Source of the DNA: Octopus vulgaris
Taxonomy: Eukaryota
DNA length: 64,000 bases
Assembly: GCA_951406725.2 (NCBI GenBank)
Contig: OX597822.1
Location: 66,836,001-66,900,000, forward strand
Direction: 5' to 3'
The notes under the pieces were generated by a model, which ran no database searches, was not told the DNA's origin, and saw only the letters and a list, made by a program, of their open reading frames with translations. Each line of letters begins with the position of its first letter. Within the stretch, counting starts at the first letter, position 1. Positions 1-13,530 of this stretch are shown here, one piece after another. Both the position numbers and the translations under genes were made by a program.

Positions 1-1043
1 ATAACGTTTGTAAAACTTTTTTCTTTTGTAGTTGTAGTTTGGAAGAGAGTTCGCAATTCAAACCATTGGCTTACAATTCTATTTACCGCTGTTTCTATTG
101 CCAGCCACTTAGTTGCACAAGAATTCACGATTTTCAAAGGCTCTTTATCAGTGATAGCAAGGTAAAGTTGTTTGTAGGCACTTTGTCTTGTTGAAGAATG
201 AAAGTACCATTTATTGGTTTCGGGTACTAAAAATTCTAAATTTATGAGCAAGCAGTCAGCACAAGGTTTCGGATACTGAAAATTCTAAATTTATGGGCAA
301 GCAGTCAGCCAACTGTAAAGAATGACATACACATATAAATAGAAGTAATGATGGAATTTCTTTTAATTTATGGAAAACACCATTGTTGACTTCTATCATT
401 ACTCTAACATTGTCGGTTCCTATTGCCAGTAAATTGTTTATATCTAATTCATTTTTCACTAATTCTATTTTTAAGGTTTCTACAATGCCATCTGCATCAC
501 ACGTTTCTTAAGATACCTTACTGTGATATGTATGTACCACTTTTTTTTTTGAGTGTCACTATAATATATCATAACAATTCCTAACAACTTGTTTATTGAT
601 ATATCATTGGATTGATCTAATAACAGGCTAAATTTTCTATCTCCCATATCAGAAATCAAATCTCCATCAAAATATGGAGTTAGAACATTTCTCACAATAT
701 TTGCATTGTGTAAGGAAACCGCAGGACATTCTTTTTTTTTTCCTTTCTTTCTTCCATAAGCCACCTTTATTGCGTAATTAACTGCATCTGCGAAGCACAA
801 AAATAAACAAAACTGAAAATTTGTAATGACAGTCATTAGTAATTTCTTTTATGAAAAGAATACTAATTGTTCTAGTCACATATGTGACCTAATGCAAGTT
901 TATTTCTGGAATCTGTAACTGAACTTCAACTTAATTTTTATTACGAACAGATATTGTTTTATAACTGTATCTGAATTGTATTTAAGTTTGATTCATAACT
1001 GTATCTAAATCGTATTTATTTTAAGGGTATCGTAATAACCCTA
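1..1043 (-). mobile_element. Degenerate hAT-superfamily DNA transposon (5' part; continues beyond window start)
   Basis: Minus-strand fragments FSLLLDQSNDISINKLLGIV (480-836) and LAIGTDN...CVCHSLQLA (256-459) match hAT transposase D(E)STD, TDN and CxxH motifs. Frameshifted. Putative terminus TAGGGTTATTACG at 1043 with subterminal ATAACTGTATCT repeats (961-1006). Confidence 0.75.
216..309. repeat. 49-bp-period tandem duplication inside the hAT relic
   Basis: GGTTTCGG(G/A)TACT(A/G)AAAATTCTAAATTTATG(A/G)GCAAGCAGTCAGC at 216-260 and 265-309. Confidence 0.9.
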
Positions 1044-2757
1044 ACACTGATAACTATGTTTTTTCGGTCAGTCAGAATATGACACGTAATTTCCCTGCAA
1101 TTTCGATTCGTAACGTTTTAAGAGGAACATTACCCACGTGAACGACGACATGGGCATAGACACACAAGCTCCTTTCCCATGGAAACGCACACCTTAGTCA
1201 ATTGGGTATCAGCTCTTACTATCAACAATTATTTCACTTAATTCCAATTATTTCATTATTGCTAATGACAAAATCAGTTCCCCTGCGTACTGAAAAATCT
1301 CGCCATAATGTGGAAAATATTTCCCATCGATTTCCATGTTAATAAGTTGATAATGAACACGAAAGTCAATGAGAAATGCGTTTCACTTTACGGAATTTCA
1401 CGATACCTGTTACTGTTTAAAAAGATGCGACATTTCTGTGACCCAAAGATGTCTCCATACTTCCCAGAAAAGTACCACAACCTACAAGCTGCAAATTACT
1501 CATACAATACATCATTGATGAACGGTTAGAAAATGTTGGTTGTTGGTATAGTCGATTATTCCGGCCCAGTACTTGCGTAGCATTTGTTGGATTATCCCGA
1601 AAAGACGATGTCCTGTGACAAAAGCAACCACGGTGATATTTGATATTAGAATATATAATGTTATGGTTTATTATCCTAAGCTATTCAATATGCCTGTCTA
1701 CAGTTTCAGTCAATACGACGACCTTTGTAAATATGCGTTTGAAAATTGATGGGGGAAATCTATGGTACATAAACTTTGAGTATTTTCCTACTGTGTATTT
1801 GCTTCTTCAAATAATACGGTGGACATAGTGTATCAATTCGTGAGTTCGGGCACCTAAATTTCATGAAATCGTCAGAACTGCTATTGCAGCTTTTATATAT
1901 TACAAGAGAAGCTATCACCATCTATAATTCCTAAATAAATAAATATTTAGATACAGATTTATTATCTTTATTCCTTTCATAATCTTTTAAACTCTGAATT
2001 TTGACAGCATCAAACAATTCTGAATTCCCTTAATGGGCTTGATATTTAGGGATAGATTTCTAATTTCTTTATTATTACATTTGCTTATCATATTCCTATT
2101 GTTGGTCTATGTTAACATAGCTACTTGTGTGACTGAAAACCAACAATTGAACACTTGTTAAACATAACACACTTCTATACGAAGAATATTTCTTATTGAA
2201 TATTTATACGAGGCATCATTGCACATCAGGTGATATATTTCCTTCGAAGCGGCTCATCGTTAATGAAGTTAAGTGAGCCGTTCTATTGAAAACTCTTTCG
2301 GCAAACGCTGCAGGTGGTATTCCATTACAATTTAGAAAATTTGGGCGAAGAAGCGGAAATTGTAGATGAGAATAACAAATGTGTTTACAATGAAAATTCA
2401 CAGTTGTTACACACGGATCACTGGTTTCAAACTATACTTATCTCCGTTTAAATTGTGAATCAACCGTGGTTTTCTACTTGTATCTTCTTAAGAAAATGTT
2501 TTTATATTTTGTTTCTTTTTTCCCTTCAATGTAATTCTTTACTCAGCAAAACCACAAATATAGTCACATGTTAGCAGCTGTTTGCTTGGCATTACAACTA
2601 CACATATTTTTTGTGCAAACCACTTGAGGGATGCAACACAAAATGCCGAGATATTTTTGTAGAATTTTCGACACTTTTTACATAAGATTGTCTACAAATT
2701 GTGGCACAAATACAGGAATTTCAGGTGGGAGGGTACGGCGATTACAGTGTTCCACTA

Positions 2758-2952
2758 TTTTACTTCTTTCAGTCATTTGACTGTGTCCATACTGGAGCAC
2801 CGCCTTTAGTCGAGCAAATTGACCCCAGGACTTATTCATTGCAAGCCTAATACTTAATCTATCGGTTTCTTTTGCCGAACGTAAACACACCAGCAGCGGT
2901 TGTCAAGCGATGTTGGGGGGACAAACAGACAAACATACACACAAACACACAC

Positions 2953-3006
<54 letters not shown>

Positions 3007-3172
3007 GTATGACGGGCTTCATTCAGTTTCCGTCTAACAGATCCACTCACATGGCTTTGTTCGGCCCAAGGCTATAGTAGAAGACACTTGCCCAAGGTGC
3101 CATGCAGTGGGACTGAACCCGGAACCATGCGGTTGGTAAGCAAGCTACTTACCACACAGCCACTCCTACGCC
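2758..3172 (-). mobile_element. tRNA-derived SINE family A (CORE-like, internal (TA/CA)n microsatellite), full length
   Basis: Minus strand starts GGCGTAGGAGTGGCTGTGTGGTAAG (A box), GGTTCAGTCCC (B box), then GGCACCTTGGGCAAGTGTC. Homologous to copies at 4281, 13531, 26394, 60401. Confidence 0.9.
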
Positions 3173-3696
3173 TATATGAACAGCCACTCCAATCGTCTAC
3201 GGAAGTGTAAAATGTAAAGTCGACTTCTACGGAAATTGAATTCAGATGTCAGGGCGCGACGAAATGCCCACTGAGAAATTTTCCAAGCCTGCTCACCATA
3301 TTCTACACAATCTAAATAATATTAGAATATTAGAATCAGTCAGTCAGGAAAGACGGATTATTCTCTCTTGCATCATCATCTTTCGCACATTAGTATAATT
3401 GATGTGGATGATAGGAATAGTATATCTGTAGGCTGATGCATGTGAGGTAAATAAGAACATGTAGTATTTTTTTTTTTAATTTAATTTAAGTAAAAGTACA
3501 AAGGATTCTTTACTCTATTAAGAGTAAAGATTAAACAAATCCCTTAATGATACAGAAAATAATCAGAAACAGAGTGTATGCAGATAGACACAGGTACAAT
3601 ATGCAGATAAAGCACACAAGAGGAACACAGAGGGTGTGTGCGCGTAAACCCGGAGTAACGAATGCAACAGTAGTATGTGTGTACGCAAATATATAT

Positions 3697-3736
<40 letters not shown>

Positions 3737-3737
3737 G

Positions 3738-3774
<37 letters not shown>

Positions 3775-3903
3775 ACATATAGACACACAGAAAGATAGAT
3801 AGAGAGATATACAACAAACATATAAATATATATATATGCATACATATATACATATGTGTATATATATATATATGTGTGTGTCCATCTATCTATCTATCTA
3901 TAT

Positions 3904-3936
<33 letters not shown>

Positions 3937-4077
3937 CAGATATACATATGTATACATATATACATACATATATATATGTATGTATGTATATATACATATA
4001 TATATATATGTATGTATGTATATATACATATATGTCTGTGTGTGTGTGTGCGTGTGTGTATACTTGTGTGTCTGTTT

Positions 4078-4277
4078 ATCCCACCAACATCGATCAACAA
4101 CTGATGGTGGTGTGTTTACGTCCCCGTAACTTTGTGGTTCGCCAAAAGACTACGATAGAATAAATACTAGGCTTACAAAGAATACGTTCTGGGATAGATT
4201 TATTAATATCGACTAAAGGCGGTGCTCCAGCATGACCACATTCAAACGACTGAAACAAGTGAAAGAATAAAAGAATA
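4078..4277 (+). mobile_element. SINE family A, 3' half
   Basis: GTGTTTACGTCCCCGTAAC...GACTAAAGGCGGTGCTCCAGCATG...AAAGAATAAAAGAATA tail. Confidence 0.85.
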
Positions 4278-4280
4278 TAG

Positions 4281-4663
4281 TCTTTTACTTGTTTCAGTCA
4301 TTTGATTGTAGCCATGCTGGAGCAACGCCTTTAGACGAGCAAATCAACCCCAGGACTTATTCTTTTTAACCTGAGTACTTTTTCTATCGGTCTATTTGAC
4401 CAAACCGCTAAGTTACAGGAACGTAAACACACCAGCATCGGTTGTCAAGTGATGTTGGTGGGGGGCAAACACAGGCACACAAACATATATATACATATAT
4501 ACGGCGGGCTTCTTTCAGTTCGGTCTGCCATATCTACTTACAAGGCTTTGGTCAGCCCGATGCTATAGTAGAAGACACTTGCCCAAGGTGCCACGCAGTA
4601 GGACTGAAGTCGGAACCATGTGGTTCGTAAGCAAGATACTTTCTACACAGTCACACCTGCGCC
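4281..4663 (-). mobile_element. SINE family A, full length, tail-to-tail with preceding copy
   Basis: Aligns end to end with 2758-3172. Confidence 0.9.
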
Positions 4664-4696
<33 letters not shown>

Positions 4697-4722
4697 ATGT
4701 ATGTGTACTTATATATATATAT

Positions 4723-4764
<42 letters not shown>

Positions 4765-6234
4765 GGGTAAAATGTTTCCTAGACCCTCGCTGTATAAAGA
4801 TCAAGACGGTGTTCAGATCTACCTACAGACGACTATGTCTTTGCAAACGATATGCAGGAACTCTCCAGGTAGTATGAAGAAGTATTATAAAGAGATTGCA
4901 AATAAATAAAGCTCCTAATTTCGTGTACTGAATATAAATAAAATATCTGGGAAGCCATTAGCAAATGTACAAGAATTTACAGGCAGATGTAACATGCGAT
5001 AACATACCATCTAGCAAATAATATAACTATATTACACAGAATAACAGCAATGATCATGGTATAATGTATATCCAAAGCGCCTAAAGCTGTGCTTGATTAT
5101 GTTTTAGAAACATCAGACAAAACATAAAAAATACTGAGAGAAACCACAAAAGCATGTGTTATTCTATCTCAATATGTTAGAATTCATTCACAAATATTAA
5201 CCATTCCTCCACGAAATTAACAATTAATATTGTCTGAGCAATAAAATTCCAATACGTTAAGTAGATAAAATGCCCCTGTAAGATGGTAATTGCATGGAAG
5301 CAAAGAGAAATAAAATCGTGTTTTTTTTGTTGTTTCTGTTGTTGTTTTATATTTGATTCGGCACTAATTCCACTTTTAGTATTATAGAAATTGTTTTGCG
5401 TAATAGGCGAGGAAATAATTCCGACAGAAATGAGAGAACATTTTTATCTTAATATACGAAATCAGACTTGAAGTAATTTTGACGTCTTTACGATTTTCAA
5501 GGTCAGGTCCTTTTGCTTACAATGAATACAATTATTCTGAATGGATGTAATCAGAAAAGAAAAAAAATCACGAACAAACTTATATTATGTAATGTAAAGA
5601 CGTACTTTGCTTTAACACTGAATTCTGTCCATTCAGTACAGGGAAATTGCTATGTATCGAGTATTTAATACCCATCACCATTTTTATTTTTGCTCGTGTA
5701 CCCGTCTGTGTATATATATATATATATATATATGGTAAGCAGAGTTAGAGATTATAGTAACCGACTAAGGGATAATGGTATCCCTTAATTTTAAATTCTA
5801 ATCGCTGAAATATTTGTGGTTTTGGGCTTTTGCACTTTCGTGTACCTATGGGGCAGAATTTACTTAGGAACATGTACACATATACTTGTTAGTCCATTAT
5901 TGCCACCACTTGGAATTTTACTGGCCATATGATGCAAGATTCAGCATTATGGTTTTGCAGATAGTTCATCTAGCAGTAACTTCCTGTACTAGTTGTCTCC
6001 CCTTAACTACAAACTATTACTGCAGTTTGACTGATATTTGTCCATTTATTTTATTCTTATTTATGTTACGTTGAAAAGTTGCAGAAGGCTACAAGTGGCC
6101 TCGTGCCACTTATATCATAGTTTATTTCTCCTCACCCTTTATTTACTAGTTCGTTTTTACATATCCCCTATAATGATCTTAACTTTTGCCCTACCTTTCA
6201 TGTCCTGTATTGGGCCGGCATGGGATTGGAAAAT

Positions 6235-8962
6235 TTAATAAAATGGAGTAGCTCTTTTGACGTTCTATACTGAGAATAATCTGGTTGTTATCAACGCACT
6301 GTTTAGGTAGAAAATATATATATAAAACTACCTGGATGAACCCGAGGTGCATCTCACAGATTATATTTTGATCAGAAAATGTGATATAAAAGATGTTTCT
6401 CGCGTTAGGGCCATGAGAGGAGCAGAGAGCTGGATTGACCATCGTCTAGTGCGTGGAAAAATACATTTTTCGATAATGCCTAAAAGTCGACAGTCTTGTC
6501 CTAAGGTCCCCAAAAAGATAAATATTGCAACTTCAAGCTACCAAGCAATTTTTAAAGATTCCACGATGCTATAGAAACAATCTATGGGGAGTTTTCAAAA
6601 CAAAAGTATTTCAGGCTGCCAGTTGGTCAGTGAGATTTGAATCACGTAAGTTCAGTGATTGGTTCTCTGATAAATCAACAAATTCATGATCGACTTTTAG
6701 AAAAACGAAACTGAGGCAATACACTTCTTTCTCAGTCCTTGAACCCCAACTCATCCGAACACTACAGAAAGGTGAAAGGCAAAGTGCAGACTGCTCTAAG
6801 AAAAATTAAGCAGGAATGCTAGAATGATAGAACAAAAGGGGCACAAGAAACAGCTGATAGAAATGATGCCAAGGATTTGTACTCTTATGTTAAGGAGGTA
6901 TATGGCCCAGAACCGCTTCAATTCAAATGTCCTGTGTAGAACATTTATCTGCACTTTTGAATAGACCATCATCTAATGACATGAGAATGATAGAAAAAAT
7001 CAAACAGCTTCCAGTTATAGCAGATATGGCATTTGAGCCAAATCTACATGACATATATTTAGCTGTAAATAAAATGAATAACTATAAGTCTCCAGGTTCT
7101 GATGGAATCTTAAATATATCAATTTGTCTCCGTTGTGCCTCAAGACTGTCTACTTGTATAAATCGGTCCGAAGGATCTGTGTGGTAATCTTTGTGGGATA
7201 TCGCTTTTGTCTGTGATTGGACAGGTACTTGCCCGCAATCTGTTTAAATACCTTCGTAGTTCTACATATGGTGTCTGAGCCTCAGTGTAGTTTTCGCTCC
7301 TCCAGAGGCACAGCTGCTTATATCTTTGCTATCATACAATTTCAAAAAACGTACAGTGAACAGAATCTTGCCCTTTACCATTGCCTTGTTGATTTGAGCA
7401 AATCATTTGCTAATGTTAATCGAAATGCTCTGTGACTAATGCAAACGAAAATAGGTTGCCCAGAAAAAATTGTATACATGTTCAGGGCTTTGCATCAATA
7501 TATAAAAGCTAGAGTTAATTTTCGTGATAGGCTCTCTGAATCTTTTGCCGTGGAAAATGATTTAAAGCGAGGAAATCCTGATGCACGCATCCTCTTTGCA
7601 ATATATTTGTTGTGGTGTTATCACACATTTTTCAAAACTCCGAGGAGGGTATTACATAAAATATCAAACAACAGGGAATGTGTTTAATCTGCTCAGACTG
7701 AAATTCAAAACCAATGTTTTTACATCACTCGTTAGGGAACTCTTATACTTTGACGATTGCGATCTAGTCAGTCATTCTGAAACATGTCTGCAATCTCTTG
7801 TATCTGCATTTGACTCAGCTTGTGATGATTTTGGCTTGACCATCAACTTGAAAAAAGAGTTGTATTGTATCGACCTGCATGTGGTACAGTTTACAACCCC
7901 CATTAACAAATTGTAAGAGTAAGCTACTTGAGGTTGTTGATTCTTTTAGCTACCTTGGAAGCTCTCTACAAAATGATGGAAATTTGGGCAAAGAAATATA
8001 ACTGCGATTTCAAAGGGCAGAACAAGCAGTTGGTGGCTTGGGGTCACGTGTTTGGCGCCAACGACATATAATTAACAATACAAAATTGACTCTTTACAAA
8101 TCATTTGTCTTACTATCTTTGTTGTATTCTTCTGAAACATGGACATGTTATGAAAGACATTTCAAATTGTTAGAACAATTTCAGCAAAAAGTGCCTTCAT
8201 CGCATTTTAAACATTAAAACGAATTCTTTTTACTCCAAACACAGATGTTCTGGCATCTGCAGCCATCACCTCAATTAAAGCTATGAGTTTTAAAAACGAA
8301 ATGAGATGTTATGGCCATATTGTTGGAGTGACGGAACGCACACCCAAAGCGCTGTTTTATTGTGAGCTTGCAGAGGGGAAACGCTATCGATGTAATCATA
8401 CAAAAAGGTTTAACGACGGCATAAGGACCCCTATGAAGTCACTTAGAATGGAACCAGAGGACATAGAAACCCTTATTAGGATCGAGCTGGAAGGCTAATA
8501 AAAACGTGGAGTGGAATGAGAGCTTTTAAAGAGGCCATGATAACGCATGCAATACTCAATATAGATTTAAAGTAGAAAGTTCAAGAATGTGTATCACAAA
8601 TACCCTTTCGTGTGCCCAGATTGTGACAGACCATGCCTTTCTTTTGCTGGGCTCAAATCTCATTTGCGAACCCATGGAAAACGAACTCCACCAACTACTC
8701 TGCCTTTATGTTGGCACACACTTTCAATGCCAATGTATGCCAGAAGGTCTGCAAATCAAACGGAGACATAAAACGACATTTGAAGATCCACAAAGATCAG
8801 AACATAACTGCGGCTCTTGGTGGACCATATCGGATATACAATCTGTGTGGGTGTCTTTTCAAAGCATTGTCTGGTTTAAAAAGCCGCATCAGATGCCATG
8901 ATGGTTCAAAGATGTAGGTAAAGGAGGCGATCAAACTCTGCATAAGGAGTAGACAACCACTA
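6235..8962 (+). mobile_element. Decayed, 5'-truncated RTE-clade LINE (APE endonuclease end, RT, three C-terminal C2H2 fingers)
   Basis: Fragments KTTWMNPR, DYILIRK...WIDHRLV (APE), KSPGSDG, EPQCSFRSSRGT, VDLSKSF, GCPEK, ELLYFDD (YADD-like), GLTINLKK, PKALFYCELAEGKR. Many stops and frameshifts. Fingers CPDCDRPCLSFAGLKSHLRTH, NVCQKVCKSNGDIKRHLKIH, NLCGCLFKALSGLKSRIRCH. Confidence 0.9.
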
Positions 8963-9142
8963 TATAGTGGCTGTGTGGTAAGCAGCTTGCTTACACATTG
9001 CACATTGCACATTGCTTGCTTACACATTGCACATTGATCTGCATTCAGTTGGGTAAGTGTCTTCTATAGCCTCGGGCCGACCAAATCCTTGTGACGGGAT
9101 TAGGCAGATGGAAACCGAAAGAAGTCCTTCGTACATATACAT

Positions 9143-9193
<51 letters not shown>

Positions 9194-9258
9194 CATACAT
9201 ATATATATATATATACATACATATATATATATGTATATATATATACATATATATATAT

Positions 9259-9289
<31 letters not shown>

Positions 9290-9536
9290 CATACATATAT
9301 ATATATATATATATACATACATACATATATATATATGTATATATATACATATATATATGTATATACATACATACATATATATATATACATATATATATGT
9401 ATATACATACATACATATATATATATATACATACATATATATATATACATACATATATATATATACATACATATATATATATATACATACATACATATAT
9501 ATATACATACATACATATATATATATACATATATAT

Positions 9537-10892
9537 ATGATCTCACTCACCTCTCATATCATCAAGGTATTTGAGAGGGTGGTGAGATCTCGAATAACCC
9601 AATTTCTGGAAAGCAACAGACGGCTGATCTCCAACCAACATGGGTTCCGTAATGGAAGGGACTGCCTAACGCAGCTCCTGCATCACTTTGAGGACATTTT
9701 GAGAGCTTTGGGAGAGGGCTCCAACACCGATGTCATCTACCTTGATTTCAGTAAGGCCTTCGACAGGGTCGATCACAAGATCCTATTGAAAAAACTATCC
9801 AACATTGGTGTCTCTGGAAAGTTACTGAAATGGATTAAGTGTTTCCTGACAGACAGATCTCAACATGTTGTAGTTGAAGGGGTAAAATCAAGCCCAGCCA
9901 AAGTCAGTAGTGGCGTTCCGCAAGGCACTGTGCTGGGCCCACTTCTTTTCATCATTTACATTAATGACATTAATGACATCATCAAGCACAGCAACATAAA
10001 AATCTTTGCAGATGACTCCAAGCTACAGAAGGTCATAAATGAGGCGAGTGACCGGACATGCCTTCAGTCAGATCTACTGGCTGTTATCCAATGGGCAGAA
10101 AAAAACAATATGCTGCTGAACGAGGATAAATTTGAGTTAATCCACTTTGGAAAAGAGGATGCCCTGAAACTCCCATACTCCCTTCCTTCAGGTGAAACTC
10201 TCGTGGCGTCCAACAACATCAGAGACTTGGGAGTAATTGTGGACAACAACGTAAGCTGGGCCACTCATATAAACACCAAAGTTGACATGGCCCGCAGAAT
10301 GTGTTCCTGGATTCTCAGAACTTTCCAGTCGAGAGATATCCACACCATTATCCTTCTCTTCTCCACTTTTGCCCGACCCCACCTTGAATACTGTTGTCCA
10401 CTGTGGTCTCCCCACACAATACAAGGTATCATAAAAGTTGAAGCACCTCAAAGGGCAATCACAAAAAAGATAGATGGCATGACAGGCCTCGACTATTGGG
10501 GTCGGCTAGAAAAGCTAAAACTCTATTCTCTCCAACGTCGTCGTGAGCGCTACATCATCTGCATGATGTGGAAAATATTCCATCAGCATTGCCCAAATGA
10601 TGTTGGCATCACCTTTAAGGTACATCCAAGGCTTGGGCCCCGTGCCATCCGCCCAAAACAAAAATCGCACTCTCATCTCATAACAACAATACAGCACAAT
10701 TATTTCACCTCAATTGGCCCCGCTCTCTTTAACATTACACCAAAACACATTAAAACAGAAACTGACCCTATAGGGTTCAAGAAGTCTTTGGACAGATTCC
10801 TTCAAGAAATCCCGGATAAACCCCCTACACCTGGATATGTCTCTGTAAACAATAACTCTCTACTTGAGTGGGCCATAGTGCCCAAATTCTGA
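9537..10892 (+). CDS. Reverse transcriptase ORF (truncated ORF2, 451 aa from a junction ATG; no endonuclease)
   Basis: [74 protein letters not shown]. The upstream part of ORF 9057-10892 is SINE and microsatellite, not coding. Confidence 0.8.
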   Translation: MISLTSHIIKVFERVVRSRITQFLESNRRLISNQHGFRNGRDCLTQLLHHFEDILRALGEGSNTDVIYLDFSKAFDRVDHKILLKKLSNIGVSGKLLKWIKCFLTDRSQHVVVEGVKSSPAKVSSGVPQGTVLGPLLFIIYINDINDIIKHSNIKIFADDSKLQKVINEASDRTCLQSDLLAVIQWAEKNNMLLNEDKFELIHFGKEDALKLPYSLPSGETLVASNNIRDLGVIVDNNVSWATHINTKVDMARRMCSWILRTFQSRDIHTIILLFSTFARPHLEYCCPLWSPHTIQGIIKVEAPQRAITKKIDGMTGLDYWGRLEKLKLYSLQRRRERYIICMMWKIFHQHCPNDVGITFKVHPRLGPRAIRPKQKSHSHLITTIQHNYFTSIGPALFNITPKHIKTETDPIGFKKSLDRFLQEIPDKPPTPGYVSVNNNSLLEWAIVPKF

Positions 10893-10965
10893 CTTGAAAG
10901 ACTTCACCAGGTGGTGCTATTAAGTTAGACATGGCCTGGGCCAATAATGGCCGAAACCTATCAAA
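9540..10965 (+). mobile_element. 5'-truncated CR1-group LINE (family 1), young copy
   Basis: Uninterrupted RT reading frame plus short 3' UTR with GGCC-rich stem-loop; flanked both sides by (TATACA)-type microsatellite. Confidence 0.9.
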
Positions 10966-11005
10966 GTATATGTATATACATACATACATATATATATATA
11001 CATAC

Positions 11006-11054
<49 letters not shown>

Positions 11055-11059
11055 CATAC

Positions 11060-11092
<33 letters not shown>

Positions 11093-11816
11093 CATACATA
11101 TATATATACATACATACATACATATATGTATATATATATCTATATAAATACATGCATATATATATGTATATATATCTATATATACATACATATATGTATA
11201 TATATAAACAATATATGTGTGTGTGTGTGTGTTTGTGTGTCTGTGTTTGGCCCCACCACCACCATCACTTGACAACTGATGTTAGTGTGTTTACGTTTCA
11301 GCAAAAGACACCGCTAGAATAAGTACTAGGCTTACAAAGAATTCCTGCATTATCGAATTTTTAACGTTTCCTCAAGTCACACTCATAACCAGTTTTGGAA
11401 CTCATGAGCTGTCACCGCCTCAACTCTGAACATTAACTTCAGACTAAAGTTTCGTACACAAATAGGAGCGACGCGTACATACTACGTACGCACACAAACA
11501 CACGAACACGCTGACACATATACACACAGAAACAAACACATACACATACTCACATACATTTGTATATATGCATGAATGCATATATATATAAAAGGCTAGT
11601 AAAATTTTTTGGGAAAAACAATTTTTCTTGTAAATCCCCTTTACACTTTGTATCAAAACTATATTATGTAATTCTCACAGACTTCAATATATATATATAT
11701 ATATATATAATTAATCAATATAGGGTGGCAAGGAAAATTTTGTAGAATTTTTTTGCCACCAGCGGCCCAGTGGGAAAAAATTAAATAGTCATAGACCATT
11801 TTTAAGTTCAACATTA

Positions 11817-12071
11817 ACAATTAAGGAACGGCCATAATAGGCCATTCACCCACTAGAAATAACAGCCAAAGCTTCTACCGCAAATAAAGATCAATTCCGT
11901 AAACAGGAGAAAATTAAAAAAATTAAAAAAAATTAAAAAAAATTACAAAAAAATTACAGGGTAAATGTTTTTTAATTTTCTCCTGTTTACGGAATTGATC
12001 TTTATTTGCGGTAGAAGCTTTGGCTGTTATTTCTAGTGGGTGAATGGCCTATTATGGCCGTTCCTTAATTG

Positions 12072-12072
<1 letters not shown>
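11817..12072. repeat. Perfect 105-bp inverted repeat with 46-nt spacer
   Basis: 11817-11921 is the exact reverse complement of 11968-12072; right arm abuts (TA)n. Confidence 0.95.
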
Positions 12073-12113
<41 letters not shown>

Positions 12114-12132
12114 GTGTGTGTGCGTACATATG

Positions 12133-12182
<50 letters not shown>

Positions 12183-12192
12183 CGTACATATG

Positions 12193-12223
<31 letters not shown>

Positions 12224-13530
12224 GTATGTATCCATGTATATATATTCTTTTAATTTTATACTATGAAATAGCATTTTCTTGGCGAAATAACAAGCAATGT
12301 TTTGGATCGTAAATGTTGTATTCAAGATATGTCTAGAATTTTTCATATTCATGGACAAATCATACCGCATTCAAATTCGTTTATTTTATGAAAAACTTGT
12401 ATGAAATTTTTCATACTTCAGATATATCTATACTTTGCTAGATGGCTTGATACGTTTGATCTTAAATGGTTAGGTAAACTGGTTATTTGGTTTAGTTTGA
12501 TGGTTTAAACCTCAGAGATGATAGCGTGTAAAGAATCTATTTAGAAGCTAGCGAGACGTAGTCGAAAGTAACCAAAAAATTAAGATGCGTGTTATGAAAT
12601 GATAAAACGCCAAAGGGCCGATATATTGAGGAAAAAAACACACGAAAAATTTCCATTAGCTATTGCCAAATCTGATTTGGTCGTTCTAAGGCTAAAAGTC
12701 TTTAAGGCAAATATATCATCACCCAGGGTAATCTGGACAGGAATGTGTCTGTGTGTGTGTCTGTGTATGTGTCTGTGTGTGTGCCAGTGTGTGATTGCGT
12801 GTGTTTGCGTGTGCATGCATGTATGTTTATGTATATACAGAATATGGAAAATAAAGATAAATGTGCAGAAGTCTTATTGATAAAATGACCGAGAAATAAG
12901 TAGATAGATAGATACATACATACATACATACATACATACACACAAACACATACATACATGCATACATACATGTATACATACATAAAAAGATATAATAAAA
13001 AAGGAAGAAGGAAAGCTGCAGACGACCTAAATTGAGACTGTAATTCGTTCAGATGAGGAATGATATACGTTTTTTACATATCTGAAGTTTTATAAGTAAT
13101 TCAGTAAATATGACATAGGATTGCACCGAGAAAAGATGCATTCAGAAAGTTATAAATTATGAAAGAATATTAAAACCACCCAGAACTTTTCATCATCTCA
13201 CAGCTGTGTGTGGCACAGCTACGCTCATGGTTTTATGCGTTTAAGTGAATGTCGAAGAGCTGGATGGGGCAGACGAAAAAGTAATTAAAATTCGTAGTAA
13301 CATGTGATATTATATATGTGCTTATGTTTATATATCAGAGCCGAGGTTACTAAAATATTGATTTGATCCTCAAACTCCCACATACGCATACAAACACAAA
13401 CATGAAAACGCACATGAATACAGATAAGAGTGCATGTGTGCGTGTATATATGTGTGTGTGCGTGTGCGTTTACATGTAAGTATATATATATATATATATA
13501 TATAAATATTTTTATGCTCTCTTAACTCTC

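Larger units (their letters stand above)
8967..11342 (+). mobile_element. SINE family A split by a LINE insertion (5' half 8967-9131, 3' half ~11245-11342)
   Basis: GTGGCTGTGTGGTAAG head at 8967; ...GTGTGTTTACG...AGTACTAGGCTTACAAAGAAT 3' part after 11245. Confidence 0.8.

Noticed and set aside
3120-3172. tRNA gene-like A/B boxes in SINE heads
   Set aside because: They are tRNA-derived SINE promoters without a full cloverleaf.
9057-9536. N-terminal 160 aa of the 611-aa ORF, and all YI/YT/VC/HT-rich ORFs in the track
   Set aside because: Translations of SINE sequence and stop-free (TA)n/(CA)n microsatellites, not proteins.
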